Origin: Octopus vulgaris
Taxonomy: Eukaryota
DNA length: 64,000 nt
Direction of reading: 5' to 3'
Assembly: GCA_951406725.2 (NCBI GenBank)
Contig: OX597815.1
Span: forward strand, 72,664,001 to 72,728,000
Shown: positions 13,490-26,491 of the stretch, one piece after another
How the letters are laid out: every line of letters begins with the position of its first letter
How positions within the stretch are numbered: the first letter of the stretch is position 1
Notes under the pieces: generated by a model
What the model saw: the letters and a program-made list of their open reading frames with translations, nothing else
Databases searched by the model: none
What the model was told of the DNA's origin: nothing
Made by a program: the position numbers and the translations under genes

Positions 13490-13886
13490 AAATATATGCA
13501 TATATACATACATATATGTACATACCTACATATATATGTATATATACATGCATATATGGGTACAGGACATCAAAAAAACGTTGAACACAATGAGGAACGA
13601 AAACATAAAAGCAAAACATAGAAAACAAACTTTTTTCGAACAACGAAAAAAACAGAGAAACGAGACATGCAATATAAAGAATATTCCCCTTCATCAGTTG
13701 TTCCTGTTTCATCTACTCCACGTTCGAAGGCAAGAACAAGACGCGACTTCGTTGAAACAGTCCTTCACGTAAAGCAAATTAAATAAAATTTGGAATTTTT
13801 TGCGGAGGGTGAAAGTGGTAACAAGAACAGGACAGTGAGAACAAGACAGTAAAAACAAACGGTGAGGGCTGTTAGAGAGCGAAATA

Positions 13887-13930
<44 letters not shown>

Positions 13931-14789
13931 AAGAGAGAGAAAACTTACTTGGAAATGGATGCGACGCGTTCGATCATATGATAATATAAATAGCATACAT
14001 ATATGCATATATACATATATGTATATATGCATATGTGAAACGAGACAGGCAACATAAAGAACATTCCCTTCAACAGTTGTCTCCTGTTTTATCTAATCCG
14101 CGTTTCGAACGTAGGGACAAGACGCGACTTCGTTAAAACAGTCTTTTCCGCAAAGCAAATTAGAAAAAAAATTTGGGATTTGCGGAGGGTTAAAGTAGTG
14201 ACAAAAACGGAACAGTGAGAACAAAACAGTAAAAACAAACAGTAAGGGCTGTTAAGCCATAACGTGGTGAAGTGTTGAACGCTGGAGAAACGATCTTTGA
14301 GAAGAGACAGGCAAAAGCATGTCATGTCTTTAGGAAGGAAGTGGAAGAAAGATAGCCGTTGGTCACGTGTGAGCAGCGAGAGAGTCAAGGAGGAAAAGTG
14401 AGGGAAAGAGAGGGAACAGTAAAGGGGAGAGGAGAAGAATTAGAGAAAGAGTGGGGAAAAAACAGAAAGGAAGAACAACAAGAAAGAGAGCTAGAATAGT
14501 GATAGGTTCTAGAGTGCGCATCGGAATTTTTAAGATAAAACTTACTTGGAAATGGATGCGTGACGTTCGATCATATAATAATATAAATGATATATATATG
14601 CATATATACATATATGTACATACCTACATACATATGTATATATACATGCATATATGGGTACAGGACGTAAAAAAACGTGAACAAAATGAGAAACGAGAAC
14701 ATAAAAAACAAAAACATGGAAAACGAACTTTTTTCGAACAACGAAAGAAACAAATAGAGAAACGAGACAGGCAACATAAACAACATTCC

Positions 14790-14795
<6 letters not shown>
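13490..14795. repeat. Partially tandem-duplicated unclassified repeat
   Basis: 13490-13690 matches 14590-14790, 13660-13875 matches 14036-14255, and 13942-14030 matches 14540-14620. Confidence 0.75.
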
Positions 14796-14832
<37 letters not shown>

Positions 14833-15034
14833 TACGTACATATATGAGAAATCTAAGGGAAGAATTACTATGTAGCTAAAAGTTGCTTAAGTGTCCCAGG
14901 AAATAATCCTGGGAAAATATTAAAATATCAAAAGTAGACGAACGCTCGAGATGTTGTTAATACATTTATATTATAAAGTCCTCTACATACGTTTCGACGG
15001 ATGTATTCCTATTTGATGAGCTTGTTATCATAAA

Positions 15035-15118
15035 CCTCCTGAAGAGATTGGTGCACTGATGACCATTATTCATCCTGCCGGACATTTTGGAATGCACCTG
15101 TCGAAACGTATGTAGAGG
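15035..15118 (+). ncRNA. Type I hammerhead ribozyme motif in an inverted Penelope-pLTR-like remnant (14935-15165)
   Basis: CCUC-CUGAAGA-[GAUUGGUGCA...UGCACCUGUC]-GAAAC-GUAU-GUA-GAGG: full catalytic core, stem I CCUC/GAGG, stem II, minimal stem III. Confidence 0.75.
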
Positions 15119-15166
15119 ACTACATGATATATATGGATAACAACATCTGGAGCGTTCGTCTCTTTT

Positions 15167-15252
<86 letters not shown>

Positions 15253-15257
15253 TTTAT

Positions 15258-15660
15258 TCTTTAATTTGTTTCAGTCATTTTAACTGCGGTCATGCTGGAA
15301 TATCGCCTTTAGTCGAACAAATCGACCCTAGGAATTATACTTTGTAAGACTAGTACTTATTCTATCGATCTCTTTTGCCGAACCGCAAAGTTTCCGTCTC
15401 GTAAACACACCAATATCGGTTGTCAAGCGCTAGTGGAGGAACAAACACAGACACACACACACAGATATATATATATATATATATATACATACACACACAC
15501 ATGTATATACGACGGGCTTATTTTAATATCCGTCTACCAAATCCACTCACAAGGTTGTGTCGGTCCCAGGCTATAGTAGAAGACACTTGCCTAAGGTACC
15601 ATGCAGTGGGACTCAGAACCATGTGGTTGAGAATCAAGCTTCATACCACACGGCCACTGC
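15258..15660 (-). mobile_element. tRNA-derived SINE family A (internal TA/CA microsatellite, CR1-like 3' tail)
   Basis: Same architecture at 17618-18012, 39378-39615, 58338-58625 and the split copy 28033-28260 + 33966-34120; heads alone near 19850-20170, 41000-41180, 46745-46855 and 50560-50670. The head has A-box/B-box-like TGTGGTAAG...GGTTCAGTCCC. Confidence 0.85.
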
Positions 15661-15689
15661 GCTTGTATACACACACACACACATATATG

Positions 15690-15990
15690 GCACTCCATCG
15701 GTTACAGTGATGAGGGTTCCAGTTGATCCAATCAACAGAACAGCCTGCTCATGAACTTAACGAGTAAGTGGCTGAGCACACTCCACAGACACGTTTACCT
15801 TTAACGTAGTCCTCAGGAAGATCCAGTGTGACACAGATTGCGACAAGGCTGGCCCTTTGATACACAAGTACTACCCACTTTCGTCAGCTGCGTGGACTGG
15901 AGGGACGTGAACACAATACACCGCAGGGAATTGAACTCACAACCTTACGATCGTGAACTGAATACCCTAACCAGTAAGCCACGCGCCTTC
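15690..15990 (-). mobile_element. tRNA-derived SINE family C
   Basis: Reverse complement of the copy at 20205-20515; head GGCGCGTGGCTTAxTGGTTAGGGT...GAGTTCAATTCC. Confidence 0.75.
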
Positions 15991-16012
15991 ATTTCATATA
16001 TGTATGTGTATA

Positions 16013-16094
<82 letters not shown>

Positions 16095-16095
<1 letters not shown>

Positions 16096-16240
16096 CATTA
16101 AAAGAAAAAATCAAAACCAAGGCAAAACAAGTCATTTAGAATAATTTAATTAGGGTAAGGTGAATTCGACATTAATTAAATTATTCTAAATGACTTGAAA
16201 CACTCGTTCTGCCTTGATTTTGACTTTTCCTCTAATATAG
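16095..16240. repeat. Fold-back inverted repeat next to (TA)n
   Basis: caagtcatttagaataatttaatta is mirrored by taattaaattattctaaatgacttg; the outer arms tcaaaaccaaggca/tgccttgattttga also pair. Confidence 0.8.
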
Positions 16241-16334
16241 CATATACCTGCTATAATGGAACCCTAATACCGATCTCTCGATCCAACCTTAGCTGTGATC
16301 TTGGAACCTAAAGTAAACTAAACCCCTTATATTC

Positions 16335-16379
<45 letters not shown>

Positions 16380-16925
16380 TATAAAATCCGTTCTGTCTGT
16401 GTGCGTGTGTCTTCTAGGATCTCGAGCATCCTCCATCCGATTGCGCTCAAATTTGATATGTAGATACCGACGGTATCAGGGCGTGTATAAAAGTCTTGAA
16501 AAAATTACAAAAATCGATTCCAGGTGAGAATGCGATTGATAAAGCCGTTTTTGTCCTGCTTTTCTTCCGTCAACATGTACATAACTGCACCTTCCATTTT
16601 TTGTTGTTTTTGTACTGCTTAAAGGCACGTTTCTTTCCTGCCAAGCTTACTATTTAAACCATGTTTGTGTTCTCTCAGTCAACAGCCTTATCATTACTGG
16701 TACTTTAAACTCTTCAGTTGCATATTTGTGCGAATAAAATCGTTTTTCTTTGGAATAGAAAAAAAGCCTATCTTTATTTCTTCTTTTGCTGGTGTCTCAA
16801 ATTTAGGTTAAATCAGTATTTCTCAAAGGGGAGGCCTATGGGACGGTTGGACAAGTTGTTTTGAGAAAATTTGGTTTAAATGTTTGACAACTCTGCACCG
16901 TCCATTGGACGGGGGCCATTTTGCT
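16380..16925 (+). mobile_element. Non-autonomous Helitron-like repeat fragment (same family as the copy from 62601)
   Basis: About 170 bp at the 5' end and an internal block gggacggt.ggacaagtt...ccgtccattggacgg are shared with 62601-62990. Confidence 0.6.
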
Positions 16926-16981
16926 CATATATATATATTTTTTATTTATTTATTCATTTATACATGTGTACATATATGTAT

Positions 16982-17051
<70 letters not shown>

Positions 17052-17160
17052 GTACACACACACACACACACAGGGTATTGTTCCGGGATGATAAAATTAA
17101 CAAAGTACTCCATCTGGTGAGAAATAAATATTATTTAATAAACTCAAAGTATATTTTTAT

Positions 17161-17244
17161 GTGCTACTATTAGTTTCATGTGCTGAGAACATGCCAAACA
17201 ATGTTTTATATCTCGTCTTGTGTTCCAGCACAATCATCAGACAC
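17161..17244 (-). ncRNA. Type I hammerhead ribozyme motif (Penelope-type)
   Basis: Minus strand: GUGU-CUGAUGA-U[UGUGCUG...CAGCACA]U-GAAAC-UAAUA-GUA-GCAC. Intact core, 7-bp stem II, stem I GUGU/GCAC. Confidence 0.72.
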
Positions 17245-17758
17245 TGCCCACATGGCATATGTATACTTAACCGTTAAGTGTTAACTATGGGATAAGAGCA
17301 CTCAATACTGTGGTAGAGTTTAATAATATTTTATTTTGGTCAAATTAGTCTATTGCTCCTCAACTTGCCTGAAAATGCTATGCAGCCAAAATGAAATTTT
17401 ATATATATAAGAGTGTTGTAGTTCGCTTGAAGCATTGTAGTACCGAAGGAGAAGGGAAAGAAAAAAGCTTCTCAAGTTCGAGTAGGGTAACAGAACCTGT
17501 GTAACTAACATTTTCCAGTCTGTTTCATTTGCGCCTGAAATATAAAGGGTTTTGTAAGATTTTCCGCATTGTCAGGAGCGTTCTTATTTTCCTTTTTCTT
17601 TCCTTTCTATTATGCATAGTCATTTGACTGCGGCCATGCTGTAGCACCGCCTTTAGTCGAACAAATCAATCCCAGGACTTATTCTTCACATATATCGGTT
17701 GTCAAATGATGGTGGAAGGACAAACACAGACACACAAAAATACACACACACACGCATA

Positions 17759-17851
<93 letters not shown>

Positions 17852-18617
17852 GACAGGCTTTTTTCAGTTTCCGTCTACTAAACCACTCACAAGGTTTTGG
17901 TCAGCCGGAGGCTATAGTAGAAGACACTTGCCCAAGGTGCCACGTAATGGGACTGAACCCAGAATCATGTGGTTGGGAAGCAAGCTCCTTACCACACGGT
18001 CACTCCTGCGCCTATATAATTATATTAATTCATACATGTTTTATTATTTCGCTTAACACATAAATCGTGGCCATCGGGCAAAGGTCGACAGGCCACAATC
18101 GTGGCCCAGATAGATTCATTTAATTTATGGGCATTTGTTGGGGGTCTAATGTCACTCAAACGCTCCGATACAAGAGGACTAATAATTCAACTAATGACTT
18201 TTCAGATGATGTAAAACTTGCCACCATAATATACTAGAAAGATATTTTAACTTTTTTTTTGTTTTTTATGTGTGCATAAAATATTTTCATAAAATATGCT
18301 CAATAATCCGTGCTTTGTATGTGCAAATCTAAGCGCTTTGTGGGTTAAGCATAGCAATACTAATATATATATTAGGAGGTGATAAGATATTGCACAAGCA
18401 CTCAGTTCTGAGTGCATTGCATGTTATAGCAGAAACAAATGTAAACTAATGAAGTTGATTACGTAATTACTGTTCCCTCGTCATTTAATAATTTATACAT
18501 ACATACACACATACATATATAATCTCTCGCTGGCTCTGTCTCTCTCTATGTGTGTGTGCGCGCGTGTAGATCATATATCCGAAAAAGAAGCACACTCTAA
18601 ACGTTAGACAAGTAATA

Positions 18618-18645
18618 TCTTTATATATATAAAACTGAGAATGTG

Positions 18646-18676
<31 letters not shown>

Positions 18677-19630
18677 GTGTTTTCCTAAAACTCGAGAACT
18701 ACACAACCAATTTCATTCAAATTTACACATGCCTTACTTAGGGTCCAGGGAGTGTCATCGGCAAAAAAAGTTGAACTTTTTGCCTAGGGCGAGCCCACAG
18801 CAATATCATATCTTCTCCACTACGATTCCCTAAAACTTGAGAACTACACAACCAATTCCATTCAAATTTTACACATGCCTTACTTGGGGTCCATGTAGTT
18901 TCATGGGCAAAAAAATGTTCAACTACTTGCCTAGAGCGAGCCCATAGCAATATCATATCTTCTCCACTATTTTAGTATTACGTGTTAAAAGTGAAACAAA
19001 AATATTTCTCTATTTTATGTCAGATGTTTTCACTTTAACAATAAAAATAATAATAACAATTGAATTATATGTAGTAAGTAATAATTAAAACCAAACTAAA
19101 GTATAATATAATCGTAACATAGCAAAAGTAAAAATAGCAATTGCTATAAAATTGTATCAATGACTTGAACTTGAATAAGTGGTTTCACATGAATGGGAAT
19201 AAATTAAAAGTAAAATTAGCGTGCAGAAATGGAATAGTCCAGATGGATAATAAAAAATTAAATTAAAGAAAAGACTATTGTCTATAAAGTATACAATGTA
19301 GAGAAAAAAGATTTGAACATATGGAGGAAAGCATCTTCGAAAAGTGTCTTGGTGCGACTATGAAAGGTATCTAATCAGAGGCGGTAAATTCGCCACAATA
19401 GAAGCAAGGTTCGAGTCAACGGAGCGTGCAAGAGAGTACTCGACTCGAACTTGCAAAGTGGAAATATTTTATTTTTACCTATATATCTGGGGCGTAGGAC
19501 GTCCCGGAAAAAAAAATTAATGCACCCCACGAAGTAGAGGTAGGTTGGATTGTAGCCACACTTCTATACAAGAGGGAGGACAAGATACAATTGATCGAAA
19601 TTACAAGAGACGGGCTAACATTTCCAGTCT
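18618..19630 (+). mobile_element. Non-autonomous Helitron-like element with an internal tandem duplication of about 147 bp
   Basis: 5' end A|TCTTTATATATATAAAA followed by (GTCT)n, like the Helitrons at 26492-27633. 18684-18820 is repeated at 18830-18970. The 3' end is decayed and its position is approximate. Confidence 0.55.
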
Positions 19631-20204
19631 GTTATATATTTTGAGTATTGTTATCACTAGCGATATCAAGATATAACTTTGTATTTTGTATTTTATGTGT
19701 AGATGTATATATATATATAGATGTACATGTAATATGTACACATATATATATACACATATATACATGCACTAGCACTATGACCCAGCAACGACGGGTCTTT
19801 AATGCTAGTATATAAAGGGAGGGAAAGAGAGACATGCGGCAGTTTTCCATACAGTTTCCGTCTATCAAATTTACTCACAAAGGATGGGTTGGCCCAGGAC
19901 AATAGTAGAAAACACTTCTCTAAACTGTCGTGCAATGTCACTGAACCCGTAGCCTAGTGGTTGCCAAACGAACTTCTGAACCACACAGCTACGCCCGTTT
20001 CTATTATACGACAGGCTTCTTTCAATTTCCATTAACCAAACCTACTGACAAGGCTTTGATCGGCCTGGTGTGTAACACATGACACTTGCCGAAGTGCTGC
20101 GCAGTAGGAACGAACCCTAAAGCATGCGGATAGGAAGCAAATTTTTACCACAGAACCACACACGCGCCTATATCCCTAATTTCAATCACAAATTTGAGGT
20201 TTAC

Positions 20205-20515
20205 GTGGCTTAGAGGTTAGAGTATTCGGCTCACCATCGTCAAGTCATGAGTTAGATTTCCGGCATCGCGTTGTGTTCTTGAGCAAGACACTTTATTTCA
20301 CTTGCTCCAGTCCACTCAGCTGACAAAAGTGAGTAGTACCTGTATTTCAAAGGGCTGGCCTTGCCACACTCTGTGTCACGCTGAATCACCCTGAGAACTA
20401 CGTTAAAGGAGCACGTGTCTGTGGAATGCTCAACCACTTGCACGTTAATTTCATGAGCAAGATGTTCCGTTGATCGGATCAACTGGAACCCTCGTCGTCG
20501 TAACCGACGGAGTAC
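20205..20515 (+). mobile_element. tRNA-derived SINE family C
   Basis: A-box-like TGGCTTAGAGGTTAG, then CTTGAGCAAGACACTT. Related pieces at 11170-11380, 37640-37710 and 39180-39330. Confidence 0.75.
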
Positions 20516-21068
20516 CAGTTATCATAAAAGTCACTTGCCCAAAATGTCACACAACGGTATCGAACGCGGGAACACGCGATTACCAATCTTTAACCATACG
20601 GCCGTGCTTGCGTTCATATTTCTGTAATAGGTGGAGAACAACAAACCCAATTACTGACGAAAACTTGTAAACATACAGCATAAAGCTCTAATTAGCGTCC
20701 GGAAACTTGATCATGTGACATATTAGAATTAGTTTAGTTAATAAGGGGTTAATTAGAGATTTCCCTTTGATATTATTTGGAATTGATACGACTGATGTTG
20801 CGGCATTTTATAATTTGGTTTAAAGTTAGGAGAATTAACAACAAAGACATACACCGTTATACTTTCAATTACATACATGCATGCATACATACATACATAC
20901 ATACATACATAATACATACATACATACTTGCATACATATGTACGTATGTATACATACGTACATACGTGTATGTGTGTGTGTATACACCTACACACACACA
21001 TATATATATACACACATAATACACTTATACATTCCTACATACAAATATATATGTATGGATCTATGTAT

Positions 21069-21109
<41 letters not shown>

Positions 21110-22369
21110 CATGCATGAATGTATGTGTTGTAGTTAACCATGTCTACGTTATATCAAGGCTTTCTTTTTGAAATTTTCGTATGAATTCCTTACAAGTTGT
21201 TGAGGACAGCAAAGCTTCTAAATCAATCATTAGCGTTTCTAGACATTCACAGCCTCAGCTTCAAGATGAAGTGATGTTGTAGAATGTTGCTGTTTATTTA
21301 TAATGGACAGAGCTAATGTGATTGGTATAGACTTTATTGTCGGAATTTGAAATTTTGCCGTTAGATGTTTACGTCACCAGTCAGGTGTTTATCTCTGTAA
21401 CTAATGTACGTGTGTTATTTATGTTTTTTCTTTGTTTTTTAGTTTTCTGCGACACTATTTGATTGACTTCCTTCATTCATTGTCTAATTTTGTTAGGTAT
21501 TCTATAGAATATGTATGTGTTATCTACTAATGTTTTTGTTATAATGTGGATCCTTGCCCACTTGTATGTTTTCATCGGCACAGTAATATTCTTGTTGCCA
21601 CTATTACATTTTGGCGGTATTCCGCGTCTTATTATCATTGACTCGTCTATTGTGCTATCGCTGATAGCTTCGCAAGACAATGACTTTGAAGCGTCTACCT
21701 TGACGGTAACTCGAACTCGTATATATCACGTAACTGACACCAACTGAGAACTTGTACAACGACTCTACTACTACTGACCTCCTACAACGACTGACTGCCT
21801 GACTTTATAGTGGCCACTCATACCATTTTATCACGTAGGAAGGAGTATACCATTTTCACTTCACTCCACCTTTATTTTATCTTTTTTTTTCCTACTCCCT
21901 TTTTAGCAATTTTTCCAACTTAATATATTTTTTCTCTTTGGTGTCTATTTGTAGGAACTCTGTGTTCTTCCTTTTTCTTCCGCTTGTACGCATGGGTTCA
22001 ACCACCTGTAACGGTGTTGGAACCTGGAATGTGTCATACAGCCATTCCATAGGTTCTTCCAATCTGTCTGGTTCATTTTCTATGAATCTCTTCTTCAATT
22101 GATTTCTGTATATTTTTTAAATTCCTTTTCTGCTTTTAATTCCGTACATCATTTTTCCTATGTACTTTGTAATTTTGCTTTTTCCCAGTACTATTTTCCG
22201 TCTTTATACGACCTTATTACCAATTTTGAAATAATTTTGAATTGTCTTTTCTGATACTTTTTCTTTCCTCGCCAGGTAACACAGTTTATCAAAAACTGAT
22301 TTCACCTTCCTCGCGAACATCACTTCTGCTGGTGAACTTCCTGCTGGTGTATTGAGGTTCGGTGTCACC

Positions 22370-22517
22370 CACTAGCGTAGCTAGAGTGTGTGCCGCCCGT
22401 GGCGGCCCTTCTATTTGTCGCCCCGGACCCCACATAAACTACATATTGCCCACAGCAGACCCAAAAGTAGTACCCCTTTAAAAGTGCCGTCCCTACCGCT
22501 CCCTAGCTACTCCAGTG
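22370..22517. mobile_element. 148-bp hAT-like MITE inserted in the Gypsy integrase
   Basis: TIRs CACTAGCGTAGCTAG / CTAGCTACTCCAGTG; 8-bp TSD gtgtcacc / gagtcacc. Removing it restores RVYRVTPNLNTP. Confidence 0.82.
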
Positions 22518-22788
22518 GAGTCACCCTGTATATACCCTTAGGAATTGCTGCAAAGCGACTTCGTCTTTGGTTTCTTTGTTTGCTCTTCTCAAAGGTCTTT
22601 TAAAAGTGTCCACAAAACACTCTGCCGGTCCATTTGATCTGGGATGGTAAGACGCTATCGTTTTATGTTCTGCCGTGGACATTTCGCAGAATTTTCTAAA
22701 TTCACTGGACACAAATTATGGCTCCATCATCAGATACAATCACGTCTTGGATGCCAAATCTTGCGAATAATTCGTGCAAAAAATTTAA

Positions 22789-23580
22789 GGGCTAATGCAA
22801 TTTCGCACCACTCCTTGAAAAATACATTTTTTTGAAAAAAATGTTTCCGGATTCCTACGTTTTTAGATGTCGGAGATGCAAAAAAAAAATCACCCCCTCC
22901 CCATTAATATTTTTGATTTTGTTTACTTTAAAGGGATCATAGCGAATTGACAAACAAATGCAAATCGAAATTAAATCTAGACATAAACATTGAAGTGAAA
23001 AGAATTTGCGTTTTACTTGTTGTTTGCTTTAAATAATCGTAAATGAAATTTTAATGTAAATTAAATATACTCCATTTTATGAGAAACAATCATTAATGTT
23101 TGATAATTAATGCTATAAAGTTTAATAAGGGGCTCAAATTTCACCCCCTCCCACAATTTTAAATTTTGAACTTTTTCATCCATTTATTTATTTATCTCTC
23201 TAACTATTTATCCCTGTCCGTTTATTCATAAAGTATATTTGTCAACTAAATGTGTCCTATATAAGACGGTGTTACTGTTGTTTTTAGTCCCAGGAAGACA
23301 TTCATATCTATCTCTTTATACACATATTTATATGCTTATTGAATTTAAAATTTTAAAAACGTGGTTTCTTGCATATTCGAGATCTCCTTCATCTAAAACA
23401 TAGGGGAAAAACTTTCGAAAAAGTTCAAAATTTTAGGGGGGTTGTGGTGGTGATAGTGATGGTGGGTAAAAACTTTTTTTTTTGCGTATTCGTAATCTCC
23501 GACATCTAAAACGTAGAGATTCGAAAAACTTGTTTAAAAAAATGCATTTTTTAAGAAGAGGCGCTAAACTGCATTAGCCC
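22789..23580. mobile_element. About 790-bp non-autonomous TIR DNA transposon (possibly Mutator-like) in the Gypsy integrase
   Basis: Imperfect TIRs of about 100 bp (GGGCTAATGCA...tagatgtcggaga / tctccgacatcta...TGCATTAGCCC); aaattta is duplicated on the flanks. Removing it restores TEINFLHELFARFG. Confidence 0.8.
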
Positions 23581-26491
23581 CGAAATTTATTTCCGTTGCG
23601 GAGGTTGGTTTTTTGCACTTAACAATTTCCGGCCATTTTGTAAAACTGTCAACTACTACTAAATAGTAATAGCCATTTAACAGACCCGAAAATCAACGTG
23701 TAGTCTTGTCTGTGGACTTTTTACTTCTGGCCAAGGCTCCCATTTTTGAGGAGGAAATTTCGCTGCCAGAGCACATTCTCTGCTGCCTTTTACTACATTT
23801 TCAACTTCCTTGTCTATCTTCGGTCAATACACATAATTGCACATAAGCACTTCTATCCTTGCGATCCTCGGGTGTCCAATATGGAATTCTTTCAACATTC
23901 TTTTTGTAGAGTTCCAGGTATGACTACCATTTGGCCATACATCAGTACGCCGTCACATGTTGGATATATGTTTACCTCTTGTTAATTTTTTCTTCGCTGA
24001 CCGCAGAATTTTTTTTTGCCTCATTAATGAACTTGTTTTTTGATGCATGTCGCTTTATCTCCTCCAGAGTTTTTGGTAACTCTCATACAATGTTCCACAT
24101 TATGTTTTAATTTCCCCTTCGACTCTTAGGGTTGCTATTACTGTGTCCTCTAATGGTTCGCCATTTTGGGGTATTAACCTGGGTAGTCCGTCAGCACGTC
24201 TTAGCTTTTTCAAGGTAAATATTCCATTGCGTAGTCGTAGTTTAGTAGTATGGTGCCCCATCGCTGCAACTGCTTGCTGTATGTACTGAGATTCCTTTCT
24301 TGATTCATAAATCGTTAGCAACGGGTGATGGGCTGTTTGTAGCCTAAACCGTCTACCATGTATAAACTTGTGAAACCTTTTTTATGCCAAATGTAATCGC
24401 CAATGCCTCTTTTTCAATTTGACTATAATGTTTCCCCGCTGGCAATAGCGACCTTGACGCATGAGCTATGACCTTTTGGTTGTGTAGGAGTACGGCACCT
24501 ACCCTGTACTCACTAGCATATGTTGCCAGCATAGTTTCCAACTTCAGATCGAAGTGTGTAAGCGACAAGTATGAAGTTAACATGCTTTTTAGTTCCTCAA
24601 ATGCCTTCTGGCATTTTTCTGACCAAAACCACTTGGTATCCTTTTTTAACAGCTCGTTTAGTGGAGCCTTAGTGTTGTGTATGTTTGAGATACATACTTG
24701 ATAATAGTTTACTAAGCCTAAAAAGGCTTGTAACAATTTGACGTTCGTTAGGGGAGGCCTATTCCGTATTGCTGTTGCCCTTGATGGGTCCGGCCTTCGT
24801 CCCCTTTTACCAATTACTTGACCCAAATATATATATATATTTTTTTTTTTCATCAAAAATTTGCACTTTTCCTCTGTTAGTCTAAATCCGTATTCATTTA
24901 TTTTTCCGAACACTTTTAATATGTTCGAAGTGTTGCTCCGCCATCTCGCTCATTATCAAAAATATCCTCGAGATAAGCAATAGCTAAGTTGCAATCATTT
25001 AACATTGCGTTCATCACTTGTTGGAATATGGCAGGTGCCACTTTTACTCCAAAAGGAAGCTGTTTGAATTTATACGATCCACGGTGTGTGTTGATAGTTA
25101 AAAGGTGTGCGCAAACTTCCTCTACCTGTATCTGTAAATAGGCCTCCGAGAGGTCTAACTTCGAGAAAGTTTTTCCTCCATTTAGTTTTGAGAACACTTC
25201 TTCTGGGTTTGGTAATGGATAGTTGTGTTCGAGTAAACAGTAATTTAATCCAGTTAAAAAGTCCGCACACACTCTTAGTTTATTTATTTATTTTTCTTTA
25301 CATTAACCGTCGGAGCTGTGCAGTCTGAATGGTCAACTTTTTCAATTATAACTAGACTTTCTAATCTTTCTAGCTCTTTATTGACCTAATCCAACGTCGC
25401 AAACGGCAAGTTCCATTTGGGCCTTAAAACAGGTGTTGTCTTTTCTTTTACCTCGATCCTCGCTTTTGTTTTAGTGCGCCAGCCTAATCTTTCCAAAAAA
25501 AATATAAAAAAACATTTGGAAACAATTTTTTAATATTTTGTCTCAATTGTTCGACTTTATTCGAACTTTTAGCCGCGCCGACTACATTTTCACAGAGAAC
25601 ACTAATGGGGGTATCCCATATTTTAAATAACTCCATGCCAAAGAGGTTTAGTGATTTTTTTTCAACACATAAATGAGTATCTTTTTCGTTTCACCTCGAA
25701 AAGTTACATTGCAAATACATTCGCCGATGAAATATAATTTCTTTCCTGTAACACCATATGCTACTTTATTTGATTTGTCTCTACCCGTGTCTAATTGCAT
25801 TTTGACACTAGTGGCTTCGATTCTCACCTTGATGAATTTTCTGTTCGTTGTACAAACTTTTTTTCCCTGATGACAAAATATTAATTTTTTCTCGTTTGGT
25901 CCAGTTTTTCGTCATCTTAGTTTTGCAGTGCGATTTAATGTGTCCTGTGTTCCCACAACAAAAACACTTCGCTTTTTTGAACGGACACTGTTTTCTCAGG
26001 TGCCTACCATCAGATGCCATACATGATTTATCTCTTAATATATATCGTGTTTTTTGTGAAACACTTTATCCATCTTCCGACTCTTCTAGACTGCTTTTAT
26101 CTGTAAACAATCTCTGCATTGGATTTCGTCTGTGTCGTGCCTTGCTTTTAATATCATATCACACTCATTTGACAGTTTCTGGAGTGTTATATCCTGGTTC
26201 ATTTCCAGCTTTTCGAGAATTTTCGTTTTGACTTCTGTGTCCTTTTTAGTAGTAAGTCCCTGGGCAAAAATCAGGCATTTGAATGAGTCTGAAGTTAGTT
26301 CATCCAGTTTAAATCTCACGCACTCTCTATTCACTCTACCTGCATATGTGGTAAATCCTTGGTCATCACTTTTCTCAGTGTTCAAACACTTCCAGCGTAT
26401 GTTGAACAACGATGTTTTTCACTAAACATCCAACATAAAATGTCAATCGTGTCCGTGAAATTTATGTCAGAAACTTTTTTTTTAGGAAATA

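Larger units (their letters stand above)
21892..25870 (-). pseudogene. Gypsy pol (protease, RT, RNase H, integrase), frameshifted
   Basis: LDTG (protease); YPLP, FSKLDLSEAYLQ, LPFGVKVAPAIFQ and YLED (RT); HASRSL...YSQIEKEALAI (RNase H); LVVVDSFTKWPE and YHPRSNGPAE (integrase). Confidence 0.9.

Noticed and set aside
18684-18970. CRISPR-like or regulatory repeat array
   Set aside because: Only a two-unit tandem duplication inside a Helitron-like element, with no spacers, in a eukaryotic context.
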